Source: a virus (lineage: Duplodnaviria > Caudoviricetes). From it: a stretch of 64,000 bases of DNA. The DNA is taken from positions 320,001-384,000 of the IMG/VR virus record IMGVR_UViG_3300049988_000286; one strand, 5' to 3'. This document shows positions 7,950 through 18,239 of this stretch, piece after piece; positions within the stretch are counted from its first letter, which is position 1, and the number at the start of each line of letters is the position of its first letter. The translations under genes were made by a program, and so were the position numbers. The notes beneath the pieces are model-generated. The model had not been told where the DNA came from and made no database searches. It was given only the letters and a program-made list of their open reading frames with translations.

Positions 7950-10271
7950 CTACAAAACGCAGGCTTCACATTCGCCATCATCACCCTCTGTGATACCGCT
8001 GGGAAGTTCGATCTCTTCCTCATTCTCGGTCTTCGAGCCGCGCTTCTCCACAAGGCTGTAGTAGACCGTCTTACCGCCCCAATAGTGAAACAGCATCAGG
8101 TTCTTGGCGATCAGCGTCGCGGGAATCTTACCCCCCTCGAAGTGGCGCGGCGAGTAGAAGGTGTTGGTCGAGATGCTCTGATCGCAGAAAGCATTGAGGA
8201 CCGCCGACGTCTTGAGGTAGTCGATACAATCGGTCTGATCCCACATCAACTGGTAGCGGTTCTTCAGCTTCGCATATTCGGGCACAACCTGCACGAACGA
8301 ACCCGACTTCGACTCCTTGATGGAAATGAGCGCCATCGGCATCTCGATCCCGTTCGTGGAGTTGATCACCACTGAACTCGACTCCACCGGCGCAATGGCC
8401 ATCAGCGTCGCATTCTTGATCCCGGTGGTGAGCAGCTTGGTGCGAAGACCTTCCCAATCCAAGGCGGGGTTGGGAGTGAAATCGGTGAGATCGTTCACGC
8501 CCTTGGCGCGACGCTCCCACGGGAACACACCCTTGCCATACCACGTCGTCGCCGACTTCGAGCAAGCACCACGCTCTGCCGCCAGATCGGCGCTCGCTTC
8601 GGTGAGGTAGAAGGCCTGAAACTCCATCCAACGCTTCGTCTCCGCGAGCGCCTCGTCGGTGCCGTAGTGGAAGTTGCGCTTGGCGTGCCAGTAAGCGAGG
8701 TTGGTGACACCGATGCCGAGCGGCTGGTACTCGTCGTTGGACAGCTTCGACTGGATCGAGAGGAAATCCTGATAGCCGAGCAGATTAGACAGCGCGCGCA
8801 CGAGGACGCGAACGGCGTTGCGCATATCCTCTGGCTTGCGGAAGCTTCCCCAATTGATCGAACCAAGGGTGCACAGCGCGATCCGGCCAGCGGGATCATC
8901 GAGACGCTCGAACGGCTTGGTGGGCAGAAGGATTTCCACGCACAGATTGGACTGCACGATGGGATCGACCCGCACGTCGAACGGGGTCTGGCCGATCACG
9001 TTGTCGATGTTGACGATGTAGATACGACCCGTGTCGGTGCGCTCCTTGAGGAACCACTCCTTGATCACGACGGAAGCCGGATAGACCTTCTTGCGCAGAT
9101 CGTCGCGCTTCTCGTTCTCCTCATAGAGGCGTTCGAACAGCGCGGAGTCCTTGTAGAAGGCTTCGCGCATCTCCGGCACTTCGGCTGGGTCGAACAAGGT
9201 GATCGACTTACCCTCACGAAAGCGACGCCAGAAAAATGCACTCATGACCACAGCGTAGTCGAGGTGCCGAACGCGAGTTTCTTCCGTCCCCTGATTGTTT
9301 TTGAGGACGATGAAGTCATCGAACTGATAGTGCCAGATCGGCATGTTCATCGTCGCCGATGCGTTGCGGATACCCCCCTGTGAGCAGCAGCGCAGATCAC
9401 CGAACCACTTCTTGTAGAAGGGGATAATGCCGGTATGCTTGATCTCGCCACCACGGATCGGCGCATCAACGCCGCGCATCCGCCCCGCCTCAAGCCCGAT
9501 ACCCGCGCGCTTGGCCGCATACTGGGCCATCATCTCGCCGGTGGCGAAGATGCTGTTCAGGGTATCGTTTGAGGAGATGAGGACGCAGGATGAGAACTGC
9601 TTGGTCGGGGTGCCAAGGCCCGCGAGCACGGGTGTTGCGAGCGTGAACGCACCATCGCTGCCCGCCTTGTAATAGTCGCGCACGTAGGTGAGACGATCCT
9701 CTCCCTCCATGTGGAACGCCGTGGCGGCAGCTACCGCGTAGCGGACTTGCGGCGTCTCATAGACTTGCTTGGTGACGCGATTCTGGACGAGATACTTCTC
9801 GATCAACTGCTCCAAGGCGGAGAACGAATAGCGCTCATCCTTGGTGTGATCGATCATCTCGTCGATGGCGTCCCAGTCCTCTTTCGAATACCAGTCGAGC
9901 AACTCGGCGGTATAGGCACCGGCGGCGACATTCGTCTTGACGATCTCATAGAGGGGCGGGGGCGTGTAGCCACCATAGACATCCTTGCGGAGCATACGGA
10001 GACGCTGCCTACCCGCGACGTGCTGATAGTTGACATGGCCGGTCTCTGGATTGGATTCCATATCGACGAGATCGACCATGGCGCGCAGGAGCAGCTTGTC
10101 GATGTTCTCGCTGGTCATCCCATCGACGAACTGGATACGAGCGGCGATCTCGATCATCGAGGGGGAGACATCGTTTATGTCCCCACAAGCGCGAGCGATC
10201 TGCGTCTGAATCTTCTCTAGGTTGAGTTCTTCCTTCTTACCGCTACGCTTGATGATTTGAATGGGCTTCAT
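7950..10271 (-). CDS. nrdA: Ribonucleotide reductase class Ia alpha subunit
   Basis: ATP cone; FSSCVL, SNLCVEI, LCTLGSINW, C-terminal CEAC. Confidence 0.97.
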   Translation of the reverse strand: MKPIQIIKRSGKKEELNLEKIQTQIARACGDINDVSPSMIEIAARIQFVDGMTSENIDKLLLRAMVDLVDMESNPETGHVNYQHVAGRQRLRMLRKDVYGGYTPPPLYEIVKTNVAAGAYTAELLDWYSKEDWDAIDEMIDHTKDERYSFSALEQLIEKYLVQNRVTKQVYETPQVRYAVAAATAFHMEGEDRLTYVRDYYKAGSDGAFTLATPVLAGLGTPTKQFSSCVLISSNDTLNSIFATGEMMAQYAAKRAGIGLEAGRMRGVDAPIRGGEIKHTGIIPFYKKWFGDLRCCSQGGIRNASATMNMPIWHYQFDDFIVLKNNQGTEETRVRHLDYAVVMSAFFWRRFREGKSITLFDPAEVPEMREAFYKDSALFERLYEENEKRDDLRKKVYPASVVIKEWFLKERTDTGRIYIVNIDNVIGQTPFDVRVDPIVQSNLCVEILLPTKPFERLDDPAGRIALCTLGSINWGSFRKPEDMRNAVRVLVRALSNLLGYQDFLSIQSKLSNDEYQPLGIGVTNLAYWHAKRNFHYGTDEALAETKRWMEFQAFYLTEASADLAAERGACSKSATTWYGKGVFPWERRAKGVNDLTDFTPNPALDWEGLRTKLLTTGIKNATLMAIAPVESSSVVINSTNGIEMPMALISIKESKSGSFVQVVPEYAKLKNRYQLMWDQTDCIDYLKTSAVLNAFCDQSISTNTFYSPRHFEGGKIPATLIAKNLMLFHYWGGKTVYYSLVEKRGSKTENEEEIELPSGITEGDDGECEACVL

Positions 10272-10308
10272 GTCTTGGTGGTCTCACTCTTGATTTTGGG
10301 ACTCCTAT

Positions 10309-10779
10309 TTAGTAGGAGGCTGCCTCGTATGATCGGCCGCAATACTGCCACACACCGGTGATTACTTGATCGGTGGACGGGTATTCGACGACTTCACCAA
10401 CAATATAGTTGAGCACATCTCTGTCGTCAATTTTAAGAACTAGCAACTCTTCGCTAATCCCATAATCGCGCAAATAGATGAGCTTGAGCCGTGAGGCATC
10501 CCAGCCAGCAAGCCGAAGAGTCATCTCCATCGCGAGCGCGACCATCTTGCGGCACCAATCCCCTTTGGCGATGCCCTCCCAAGGTGTGGGCCATTCCTTT
10601 GGCGTCTCGGGATTGTAGGAATGGGCGCTCAACGGCGCATTGCCCCAATAGGCGGCTACTGCCGCAAGGGCGTCCCGGTCGGGGAGGGTGGCGATCTGCT
10701 TGCGCAGTTCTTTCCACGATGCAAGGCGATCGTCGGCTGAATTCAACGCGACAAAAGGATTGGCGGCATGTGCTTTCAT
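10309..10779 (-). CDS. Hypothetical protein
   Basis: ORF track; WPTPWE motif. Confidence 0.65.
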   Translation of the reverse strand: MKAHAANPFVALNSADDRLASWKELRKQIATLPDRDALAAVAAYWGNAPLSAHSYNPETPKEWPTPWEGIAKGDWCRKMVALAMEMTLRLAGWDASRLKLIYLRDYGISEELLVLKIDDRDVLNYIVGEVVEYPSTDQVITGVWQYCGRSYEAASY

Positions 10780-10823
10780 GCCACCAAGTGTACCGACTGG
10801 GTTGTTTTATTTCAGTATGATTC

Positions 10824-11363
10824 TCAAATACCGGATGCGTTGGGCCAATTGCCCTCGATATCGATCGCCGCAATCTCTGCGGTCGAGATGGCGGCATCGA
10901 GGCGTGCTTTCAAATCCCAGCTATACTGATAAACACGATCGACAAAATCACCGGAAGCAACACCGATCGCGATCATCTCTCCTGCGTCCACGACTTTAAC
11001 GGAATTGTCGGCGAAGCGGAAACTCTTTGAGAAGTCCTGTCCCAAGGACAGAGCCGTGGTTGCCATGACGACGAGACCCAAGATATTTCGAATAGAGCGG
11101 TCATCACTGTCCACCACGCCACTCGGTGTGGGAGCGCCACCCGCGATGACGGCATCGCGACGATCCTCAACCTTCGACTTGCTGATCAACTTCGCGTTGA
11201 TGAGGGCATCATCATCCGAGGACTGGCTGACGATCGTCTCCGGCAGGTTCTCGCTGGTGCCGTCGTCGTAGTGGACCGTGATCAGGCTGTAGACGGTGGT
11301 GGTGCCACTAACCTCGTCGAGGGTGGTGCGCTGGGTTTCGACGCGGACAAATTCCGTAGCCAT
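10824..11363 (-). CDS. DUF4376-like tail fibre-associated/chaperone protein
   Basis: DSDDRSIRNI...ADNS...YQYSWDLKARLDAA pattern; directly downstream of tailspike. Confidence 0.7.
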   Translation of the reverse strand: MATEFVRVETQRTTLDEVSGTTTVYSLITVHYDDGTSENLPETIVSQSSDDDALINAKLISKSKVEDRRDAVIAGGAPTPSGVVDSDDRSIRNILGLVVMATTALSLGQDFSKSFRFADNSVKVVDAGEMIAIGVASGDFVDRVYQYSWDLKARLDAAISTAEIAAIDIEGNWPNASGI

Positions 11364-13255
11364 TAGATGTCCTCCAAGACGTTGATAGTAGTCCCAGCAG
11401 GAGCATTCCACTGCTGACCAGTATTACGCACGATAACGCGCACGACGTTGTACTGCTGCGGGATAGCGGTGATGGTGATCACCGATGTCTGGGAGACGTA
11501 GCTCGTGAAGTTTGCCTTCCAATAGCGGACCGTGACCGCACCCGGAATGGTGAGATCGAAGATTGTCGTAGTATTGGCACCGAAGGTAGCACCGCCGGTG
11601 AGCACATAGTCGTACGAGATACCAAGCTTGGGTGCCGGGGGATTGAAATTGTCCGCCACGTTCATCGGCGTATCGAACAACTCGTTACCGATCTTCTGGC
11701 TCGACGGTCCGGTTGTGACACCATCGCCGGTCTGCGCGAATGCCTTGATGCGACCAAGGCGGTTACGCATAAGGTTGTAGTTCAGACGCAGACCCACGCT
11801 GCCGTAGCGGGCGAGCATGACCCAACCACCGAGATTATCGGTTCGCCCGCACTCGTAGATGCGGTTCCACGAAAATGAACAGTCGCGGCACGAGTCATCT
11901 ACGAGAAGAACCGCGCCGAGGGTGCGACCCGAATAGGAGAAATAGTTATGGTCGATGCGGGTCTCGTTCGCCGTGATGCCGGTGTTGTCGAGGCCGAGGT
12001 AAATCGTTCCTACGTTGTCGTGCTGATTGTAGATGTAATCGACGCCGAATGCGCCGCGCAGACGAGCCGGAGCCTCCACATCTCGCATCTGATTGAAGGC
12101 GATGATGATCTGCTGACGCACACCCACGGTCTCACTAACCGGAGCCGAGCCCGAAATCTCGATACCACGGAAGCAGCGCGTCATGTTGTTACCAATAATT
12201 CGAAACGAACGCGTCTTCAGATTGTAATAATCGGGTGAGTTGATATACAGCGAAACTGCTGAACGACCACAATCCTCGAAGGTGCAATCCGACACGGTGC
12301 CACCACCGTTCTGGTACGTGACGCGATCACGCGGCTCGATATCAATCGCGGCAACACCAACGTTATCGTCTGGCGCTGTAATGTTGCGGAAAAGGCACCG
12401 ATGGATGGTCCAATTGAGGCAATCCTCAATCGAAATAGCATTGCGGTTGCGGCCGTCAATACCGTCATAGACATCTTCGACAAAGTGGAAGTTATAGTTG
12501 TGGCGAACGGTGTCGGGGCGCGAACCCATCCATGCGATAACGGCATCCGAGTTAAACGCAATGTAGTGCACGCGATGCGATGAGAATCCAGTCACACCAG
12601 CGAGTGCTACCAAGTGCTGGCCGTTGGCTGCGCCAGAGTTGTCGCCCTTGAGCGTCAAATCAGAGAGGTAGAAACCTTTGAGGTTATCAACCGGATTCTC
12701 GGACAAGGAGTTGTGCATGAAAAGATAGTTGTTGCGACCTTGGAAGATTACAGTCAACTCTGGACCGTCACCGAACAGGTGCAAGCCGTGCGCGGGGACG
12801 CCCGCCGTGGTCGAAAGGTTACCGCGATTCTCGATATAGTCGAGGGCGCTGGTGGAATTGGCGGGGCGACCCGGAATAACACCCGTCCACGGTCCGCAAC
12901 CGATCAGATACATACCACCCGGCCCGAGGCCCTTGCCGCCACGGAGATGGATGCTGCGATAACCCTGATCGATCAAACGCTGCAAGGCGGCGTCGTCGGT
13001 GACATCGCTGGGTAGGCGACCATCGTCGAGCGCGATCGACTCATTCAGCTTCTGATTGATCGTCTTGGTTGCGCTGTAGGGCGGCGTGGTGCCGAGATCG
13101 ACATCTGCAAGAATGTCTGCCTTCATGTCAGCGAAGGACATGCGGTTCGTCAGCGAGGCATTCTCACCCGTGCCGGAAATGAGCATGTACGCGTTATCGA
13201 TATCGAGGTCCGCTGGGAGGACGCGGGTAAGTTCGTTGATCTTCTTGTTCGCCAT
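11363..13255 (-). CDS. Tailspike/tail fibre with right-handed beta-helix (possible depolymerase)
   Basis: MANKKINEL N-terminus; repeated parallel beta-helix signatures (IHRCLFRNI, VSDCTFEDC, IIGNNM, IDHNYF); TAAATA-N5-ATG. Confidence 0.8.
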   Translation of the reverse strand: MANKKINELTRVLPADLDIDNAYMLISGTGENASLTNRMSFADMKADILADVDLGTTPPYSATKTINQKLNESIALDDGRLPSDVTDDAALQRLIDQGYRSIHLRGGKGLGPGGMYLIGCGPWTGVIPGRPANSTSALDYIENRGNLSTTAGVPAHGLHLFGDGPELTVIFQGRNNYLFMHNSLSENPVDNLKGFYLSDLTLKGDNSGAANGQHLVALAGVTGFSSHRVHYIAFNSDAVIAWMGSRPDTVRHNYNFHFVEDVYDGIDGRNRNAISIEDCLNWTIHRCLFRNITAPDDNVGVAAIDIEPRDRVTYQNGGGTVSDCTFEDCGRSAVSLYINSPDYYNLKTRSFRIIGNNMTRCFRGIEISGSAPVSETVGVRQQIIIAFNQMRDVEAPARLRGAFGVDYIYNQHDNVGTIYLGLDNTGITANETRIDHNYFSYSGRTLGAVLLVDDSCRDCSFSWNRIYECGRTDNLGGWVMLARYGSVGLRLNYNLMRNRLGRIKAFAQTGDGVTTGPSSQKIGNELFDTPMNVADNFNPPAPKLGISYDYVLTGGATFGANTTTIFDLTIPGAVTVRYWKANFTSYVSQTSVITITAIPQQYNVVRVIVRNTGQQWNAPAGTTINVLEDI

Positions 13256-13283
13256 ACGACTATTTAGTCATGCATGAACACGA

Positions 13284-14060
13284 TCAGACGGTCTCGTGCA
13301 ACTCATCCCAGTTGAAGATATCGCCAGTTCCAAGATCGAGGAACTCACCCGTGCCGAGATCGAAGTAGAATGTCTCGGGCGTGATGTCGAAGCCGGGCAG
13401 GTAGTCGGGGCGCGATACTCGGAAGCGGAAGTCAAACACTTCCGTTGAATAATTCCTATACTGCATTTGCAGGTAGGGGGAAGTTACCGATCCAGCCACG
13501 ACGAAGCGGAACATGACTTGACCGAAGACAATCGAAGGGTCATAGTTCTGCGGTGCCGATTGGGTGAGGTCGCGCGCGGAGGAACCGTTATCATGCAGGA
13601 CCGCATCCTGATTGTCCGCGTGGGCGTATTGCAGCACCATCTGGCCAGCACGAGCGGGACGATCGCTGCTACCGATGAGGGTGTAGTCGATGAAGGCGCT
13701 CAACGCCGTGAGGTTGCGGATGCGGTAAGGGGCAAGAACACCATCACGGGTGACCGTGACATTCTGCCAATCATCACCGGTGTAGCAGTAGGTGGCGTAA
13801 TAGTCGCTACCTCCGCCTTCGCGCATACGATCACCGTGCATCTTGGCGAAGAGGTCGGTGGCGTTCTCGGTCAGGACTTCGATGTTCTGATAGGGGAAGG
13901 CGGTGCGCTGATACTGGGGCTGTCCCACCACGGGGTTGCTGCCGAGGAAGAGGCGTCCCTGATCCTTCGCGAACCCGAACTCACCGCTATCGAGCGCAAC
14001 CGGGAGCGCACTCGCCGGGCCATTCAGCACTATGATCTTGGTGATATCGATGTCCGCCAT
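13284..14060 (-). CDS. Virion structural protein
   Basis: LDSGEFGFAKDQGRLFLG N-terminal motif of tail/baseplate-associated proteins; TAAATA-N5-ATG. Confidence 0.65.
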   Translation of the reverse strand: MADIDITKIIVLNGPASALPVALDSGEFGFAKDQGRLFLGSNPVVGQPQYQRTAFPYQNIEVLTENATDLFAKMHGDRMREGGGSDYYATYCYTGDDWQNVTVTRDGVLAPYRIRNLTALSAFIDYTLIGSSDRPARAGQMVLQYAHADNQDAVLHDNGSSARDLTQSAPQNYDPSIVFGQVMFRFVVAGSVTSPYLQMQYRNYSTEVFDFRFRVSRPDYLPGFDITPETFYFDLGTGEFLDLGTGDIFNWDELHETV

Positions 14061-14107
14061 AGGGGTATTTAGCCGAAAGGAAGAAACCTTGAACGACTAA
14101 ATACCTC

Positions 14108-15640
14108 ATGCGTTGGAATCAGATCATCACCGAAGCCGTATCGACATACCGCCCCATGTTCGCGTCCTTCTACCCAGAAGGAATCCCGCCATCCATCGTT
14201 CAGATGATCAAGAAGGTTGAGGCGCTGATGAAGCGCAAGGACCGTATTGTCTGGATGCTGCGTTGGGAGCGTTTCGCCGAATTGGGGTTCACACTTGACA
14301 TCTCTGCTCCGCCGGAGGAACTCGCGGTGGCGAAGAAAATCCAGCAGAAGCTGATGCGCGACCTTGCGGATCATCCCATCAATGTTTCGCTTGCCCGCAA
14401 CGAGAGCGACCGTGCCGCTAACATGTGGGACGACTTTGAGCATTGGTTCTCTCTACCGATCGCTGGTATTCAAAACTACGTCTTCCACAAGCAACTCCCC
14501 AGCGAGATCAATGCCGAGTTCATGGAGTTGGAGGACGAGTGGAAGGAGACGCGCAAGCGCGCGATCGAGCACAAATCAGGCGATAATTGGTACAAGGCAC
14601 CCACGAAGATCATCGACTTTGGTAACGGTTGGGCGTGGTTCGATCTGGAAAAATCATCATGCAGCGAAGAAGGCGACGCGATGGGGCACTGCGGTAACGG
14701 TGCGGGCTCTTACAACGAGACTGTCTTGAGCCTCCGCCAGAACGTGGGTGGCAACTTCTGGGAGCCCCACGTAACCTTCATCCTCGACAGCGATGGCTAC
14801 ATCGGAGAGATGAAGGGTCGGAACAACGAGAAACCCATCGAAAAATATCACGGGATGATCATCGCGTTGCTGAAGGACGATCGCGTAGAGGGTATTAAGG
14901 GCGGTGGCTACATGCCGGAGAACAACTTCTCACTCGACGACCTCACAGCAGAAGAACAGAAAGAGTTGAAGGCGTTGAAGCCCGGCCTCCGTTCCATCTC
15001 TGAACTCGCCAATGAGGGTTTGATCGAGGACGCCACCAAGGTGGCCAAGCGGTTGATCAGCGCCAAGGGTCTACCCGACTGCGATGCCTTCGATAAGGAC
15101 GGAGCGGTAGTGAGCGAATATCATAGCGTGGCGACTTTCGCAAACACTGAAATAGACGGCTATACAGAGATTTTCAACAATGTTGAGAGAGCCCTCGACC
15201 GAGAGGAAAACGGTGACTTCATGGCATCATCGTTCAGAGAGGAGTACTTCCTTGAATCATTGAAGCACCACATCTATGACCTGTTGGCGTTCCGAGCCGA
15301 ATGCCACGTGAAGTTTGGCAATAGCGTGAACGATCCGGTCAAGGTCTGCCTTAATTGGGCGGACTTGGACGATGCCCTGTATGACGGCGAGGATAGTTAC
15401 CACTCTGTCAGGGAAGCGCTGGACGAAACGGAGGACGGCCATGACCGTGAGACCCGCGATTACCTCGATGACATCGACGAGAGTATCATGACCGTTCTCG
15501 CTGACCGCAAAGGTAGCGGGGTCGCGTTCGAGCGACTCCTTGATGAAATCCGCGCCGAATATGGTGGTCTTGGAGGCTCGGGATGGGGATCACCAACGAG
15601 TCGCGATCCCGACCAGCTAGGCTTCGACTTCGGCGATTAA
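14108..15640 (+). CDS. Putative internal virion protein with PcfJ-like domain
   Basis: MRWNQIITEA N-terminus; EGDAMGHC...VLSLR...PHVTF...EMKGRNNEKP; ends QLGFDFGD. Confidence 0.65.
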   Translation: MRWNQIITEAVSTYRPMFASFYPEGIPPSIVQMIKKVEALMKRKDRIVWMLRWERFAELGFTLDISAPPEELAVAKKIQQKLMRDLADHPINVSLARNESDRAANMWDDFEHWFSLPIAGIQNYVFHKQLPSEINAEFMELEDEWKETRKRAIEHKSGDNWYKAPTKIIDFGNGWAWFDLEKSSCSEEGDAMGHCGNGAGSYNETVLSLRQNVGGNFWEPHVTFILDSDGYIGEMKGRNNEKPIEKYHGMIIALLKDDRVEGIKGGGYMPENNFSLDDLTAEEQKELKALKPGLRSISELANEGLIEDATKVAKRLISAKGLPDCDAFDKDGAVVSEYHSVATFANTEIDGYTEIFNNVERALDREENGDFMASSFREEYFLESLKHHIYDLLAFRAECHVKFGNSVNDPVKVCLNWADLDDALYDGEDSYHSVREALDETEDGHDRETRDYLDDIDESIMTVLADRKGSGVAFERLLDEIRAEYGGLGGSGWGSPTSRDPDQLGFDFGD

Positions 15641-16326
15641 GACGCGAGGTAGCGTTCGAGGCGATCCAAGAACGCTACCTTCCCCGCCGCGATCTCCAAG
15701 GCGTCATAGACAAAGGTCTGGCACTGTAGATCACGATCTACCATGAAGATCACACCCTGTTCGATGTCGGTGCCATAGCGATCATTATGGGCGATCACAT
15801 ACGCGGACATCTGCAAGAGATAATCTTGAATCTTCTCACGCGTCCGCATCTTCTTGGCGTTCTTGTGATCGACGATTGAGGCCTTGCCCTGATACACGCC
15901 AACGAGATCACAAGTTCCGGCATAGCAACCGGGGACGTAGAGGTGCTTCTCGATGCCCCAAATCTCGTCCAAGTGCGGCAAGCATTCATCGATGATGCGC
16001 TGCGACATCTTGCGTGCCAGAACACGCAACGGCGCATTGCCGGAGGGACGCTCGATGCCCATGATGTGGTTCTCGATGTTCTCGTGGACGAGCGTTCCGA
16101 GGCTCTTGCCGTAGTTGGACTGGCGGTCCGCCTCTTTGTCCCCGATACGATTGCGCCACTCGGTCAGGAAACTCTTGTCGGCTCCGTGGTCGAGGATGGT
16201 GGTGACACTGGTCAAAGGTGCACCAGTTTCAGGACAGACATAGTAGCGGAAGCCGCTCTCTTCGGTGACGCGATTGAGGATGGGATAGTCGAAGCGTTCG
16301 GTGATCATCACCCGTGATATCACCAC
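15637..16326 (-). CDS. PD-(D/E)xK exonuclease (Cas4/MGME1-like)
   Basis: SVTTIL, GTLVHENIE, IE...YAGTCD, IVDHKN. Confidence 0.8.
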   Translation of the reverse strand: MVISRVMITERFDYPILNRVTEESGFRYYVCPETGAPLTSVTTILDHGADKSFLTEWRNRIGDKEADRQSNYGKSLGTLVHENIENHIMGIERPSGNAPLRVLARKMSQRIIDECLPHLDEIWGIEKHLYVPGCYAGTCDLVGVYQGKASIVDHKNAKKMRTREKIQDYLLQMSAYVIAHNDRYGTDIEQGVIFMVDRDLQCQTFVYDALEIAAGKVAFLDRLERYLAS

Positions 16327-16357
16327 GGGTATTGACCCCGCATTATTGATCAGCTAG

Positions 16358-17692
16358 ATGCGAACTGTGGAGAGCGTCATGTCAGTCACTAATGTAGCGG
16401 TCAGTGATATCAAGCAGGACACCTTCCGGGTCAAGGGCATCAATGTGCCCGATCCGGAGAAGGCACGGATGTCGCTCACGGACAGGGCGCGGCTCGTCAC
16501 GATTGAGCGGCGCATCCTCGCTGGCGCGCGCAAAGTCGATGAGGTGCTCGCCTCCGGTGATCGCGAGTTTCTAGAATCCTTCGATGCGTCGGTGGAAGCC
16601 GAGTTCGAGACCAAGCGTCCCGTTCGTCCCACCCCTACGCTCGCCGATGATCTCCTCTTTGGCAAGACGCGAGGCCTCCTCAATCCGCGAGCCGAGGACC
16701 GCGCCAAGACGCTTCTGCGCTCCGCGAGGCGTTTCGTCCTCACCGACAGCGCGGCGCGTCGAATCGCGGAGGCAATCCGCCAATATCCCGACATGCTGGT
16801 TGAGCAAGGATGGTTCGCGCGAACCCCTTTCGAGACGTGTTGGATCGAGCTTCCCGCACGACCCTTCCACAGCACGATCGCGCCGGGCAGCGACACCCCC
16901 GACAGCGACGATCGCATCGGTTATCTCTTCCACGGCAGCCGCGTTTATGTCGGCGCTTCGAATGAGTCCGATCGTGATCCCGTGTTCTCCCCGCTCATCT
17001 ATCACCTCCATCACCCCAATAGTCTCGCGGACCAACTTTCGCTAGCGGAAGACCTGTCGGTGTCGCGGGGTCAGTTGGACAATTTCTATTGGGGCCAAAC
17101 AATGGCGCAAGGGTTGTCGATGCCGACCCTTCGCGGTCTGCGAGGGCAGCATGGTTTCGAAGTGGCTGTTGAAGAGGCAAATCGTTCCAAGCTGCGCGGC
17201 ATGAACCTCTTGGGTCTATCCGCTGGCGAAATCCGGAACATCGTCGGTCTCCTCCTCATGATCAACCAGCCCTCCGGGGTGGTGCGGATCGAGGACATCG
17301 AGCATCGCCGCACGCTGACCTCACGGGGTAACCGGCTCTTGATGGGGCACAGCGTCGTGACCCTCAACCTCGATCGCCGCTCCAAGGTGTCGCGCCTTTT
17401 GCGCAAGCCGGTTGGTTCGCACGCGTCGCCGCGCTGGCACGCCGTCATGGATCACTGGTGCCATGATCGAGTAGCGCGCACATCCGGCGACCATACCCAT
17501 GACTGGGATACCGACGATGCCGAAGGGCGCTTGGTGGCACGCTGCCGTGTTTGTGGTGGCCGTCGCTGGAGGCGGCGGATGAAGAATGGTCGTGGCGATC
17601 GTGCGCGTGGTATCGTATCACAGGATCGCATCGTGGCCACCGACAATGACCGCACGATGATCAATGAAGCGAGAAGGGATACTCATGATTGA
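16358..17692 (+). CDS. Hypothetical protein (C-terminal PRWH.V.DHW motif, Cys pairs)
   Basis: Long ORF; start uncertain. Confidence 0.65.
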   Translation: MRTVESVMSVTNVAVSDIKQDTFRVKGINVPDPEKARMSLTDRARLVTIERRILAGARKVDEVLASGDREFLESFDASVEAEFETKRPVRPTPTLADDLLFGKTRGLLNPRAEDRAKTLLRSARRFVLTDSAARRIAEAIRQYPDMLVEQGWFARTPFETCWIELPARPFHSTIAPGSDTPDSDDRIGYLFHGSRVYVGASNESDRDPVFSPLIYHLHHPNSLADQLSLAEDLSVSRGQLDNFYWGQTMAQGLSMPTLRGLRGQHGFEVAVEEANRSKLRGMNLLGLSAGEIRNIVGLLLMINQPSGVVRIEDIEHRRTLTSRGNRLLMGHSVVTLNLDRRSKVSRLLRKPVGSHASPRWHAVMDHWCHDRVARTSGDHTHDWDTDDAEGRLVARCRVCGGRRWRRRMKNGRGDRARGIVSQDRIVATDNDRTMINEARRDTHD

Positions 17693-18005
17693 ACTTTGGT
17701 CGGATGCCCAAATTGCGCAACTCCTCACCCCGGAGCGCCTCGATGCCATCTGGGCACAATCGCACCGCCGCCACCCCTACCCCGTTGACCATGAAGGTGC
17801 GGAAATCAAGTTCATCGCCTATGGCGAGGTCACCGACGATCTCACACAGATGATCGTTGAGGCGCGCGGTCCCGATCTTCGCGCCACCCTCTTCGCCGCC
17901 ATCGACTTCGACAGTAGCGGTAACGTCGGCGCGATTAGGCAGGTTCGCCGTGTCACCGAGATGAAGCCGGTGACCTCGTGGATGCCCGTGCGGGTGACGC
18001 GATGA
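17685..18005 (+). CDS. Hypothetical protein
   Basis: SD AAGGGA; overlapping neighbours. Confidence 0.6.
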   Translation: MIELWSDAQIAQLLTPERLDAIWAQSHRRHPYPVDHEGAEIKFIAYGEVTDDLTQMIVEARGPDLRATLFAAIDFDSSGNVGAIRQVRRVTEMKPVTSWMPVRVTR

Positions 18006-18211
18006 TCCGCCATATTCGCTGGACGCCGCTGCGCAAGAGCGAGGCGATCGAGGAGATCAAATCCGGGAAGATGAACCGCACCGCCTTCATGACCGCGAAT
18101 AACATCTCCGAGGATGAGATGCGTGAGTGGGAGCGAGATGCCGAGAAGGGGCCAAAGGCCCATAGCAGGAAGGCGCGGTATCAACGGGCTCGACGCGAGG
18201 GATTACTTTAA
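18002..18211 (+). CDS. SciP/DUF1153-like small HTH protein
   Basis: RWTPLRKSEAIEEIKSG...ISEDEMREWER aligns with the SciP pattern RW..RRKAEVV.AV.GG...L..EEF..W. Confidence 0.65.
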   Translation: MIRHIRWTPLRKSEAIEEIKSGKMNRTAFMTANNISEDEMREWERDAEKGPKAHSRKARYQRARREGLL

Positions 18212-18239
18212 TAATATTGACCCGACTCGAAATGCGATT

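Noticed and set aside
6760-10271. Intron or intein in nrdA/nrdB
   Set aside because: Both ORFs are continuous, normal length, with all catalytic motifs in place.
15637-16326. Cas4 as part of a CRISPR system
   Set aside because: No other cas genes and no Fe-S Cys cluster; a stand-alone phage PD-(D/E)xK exonuclease.
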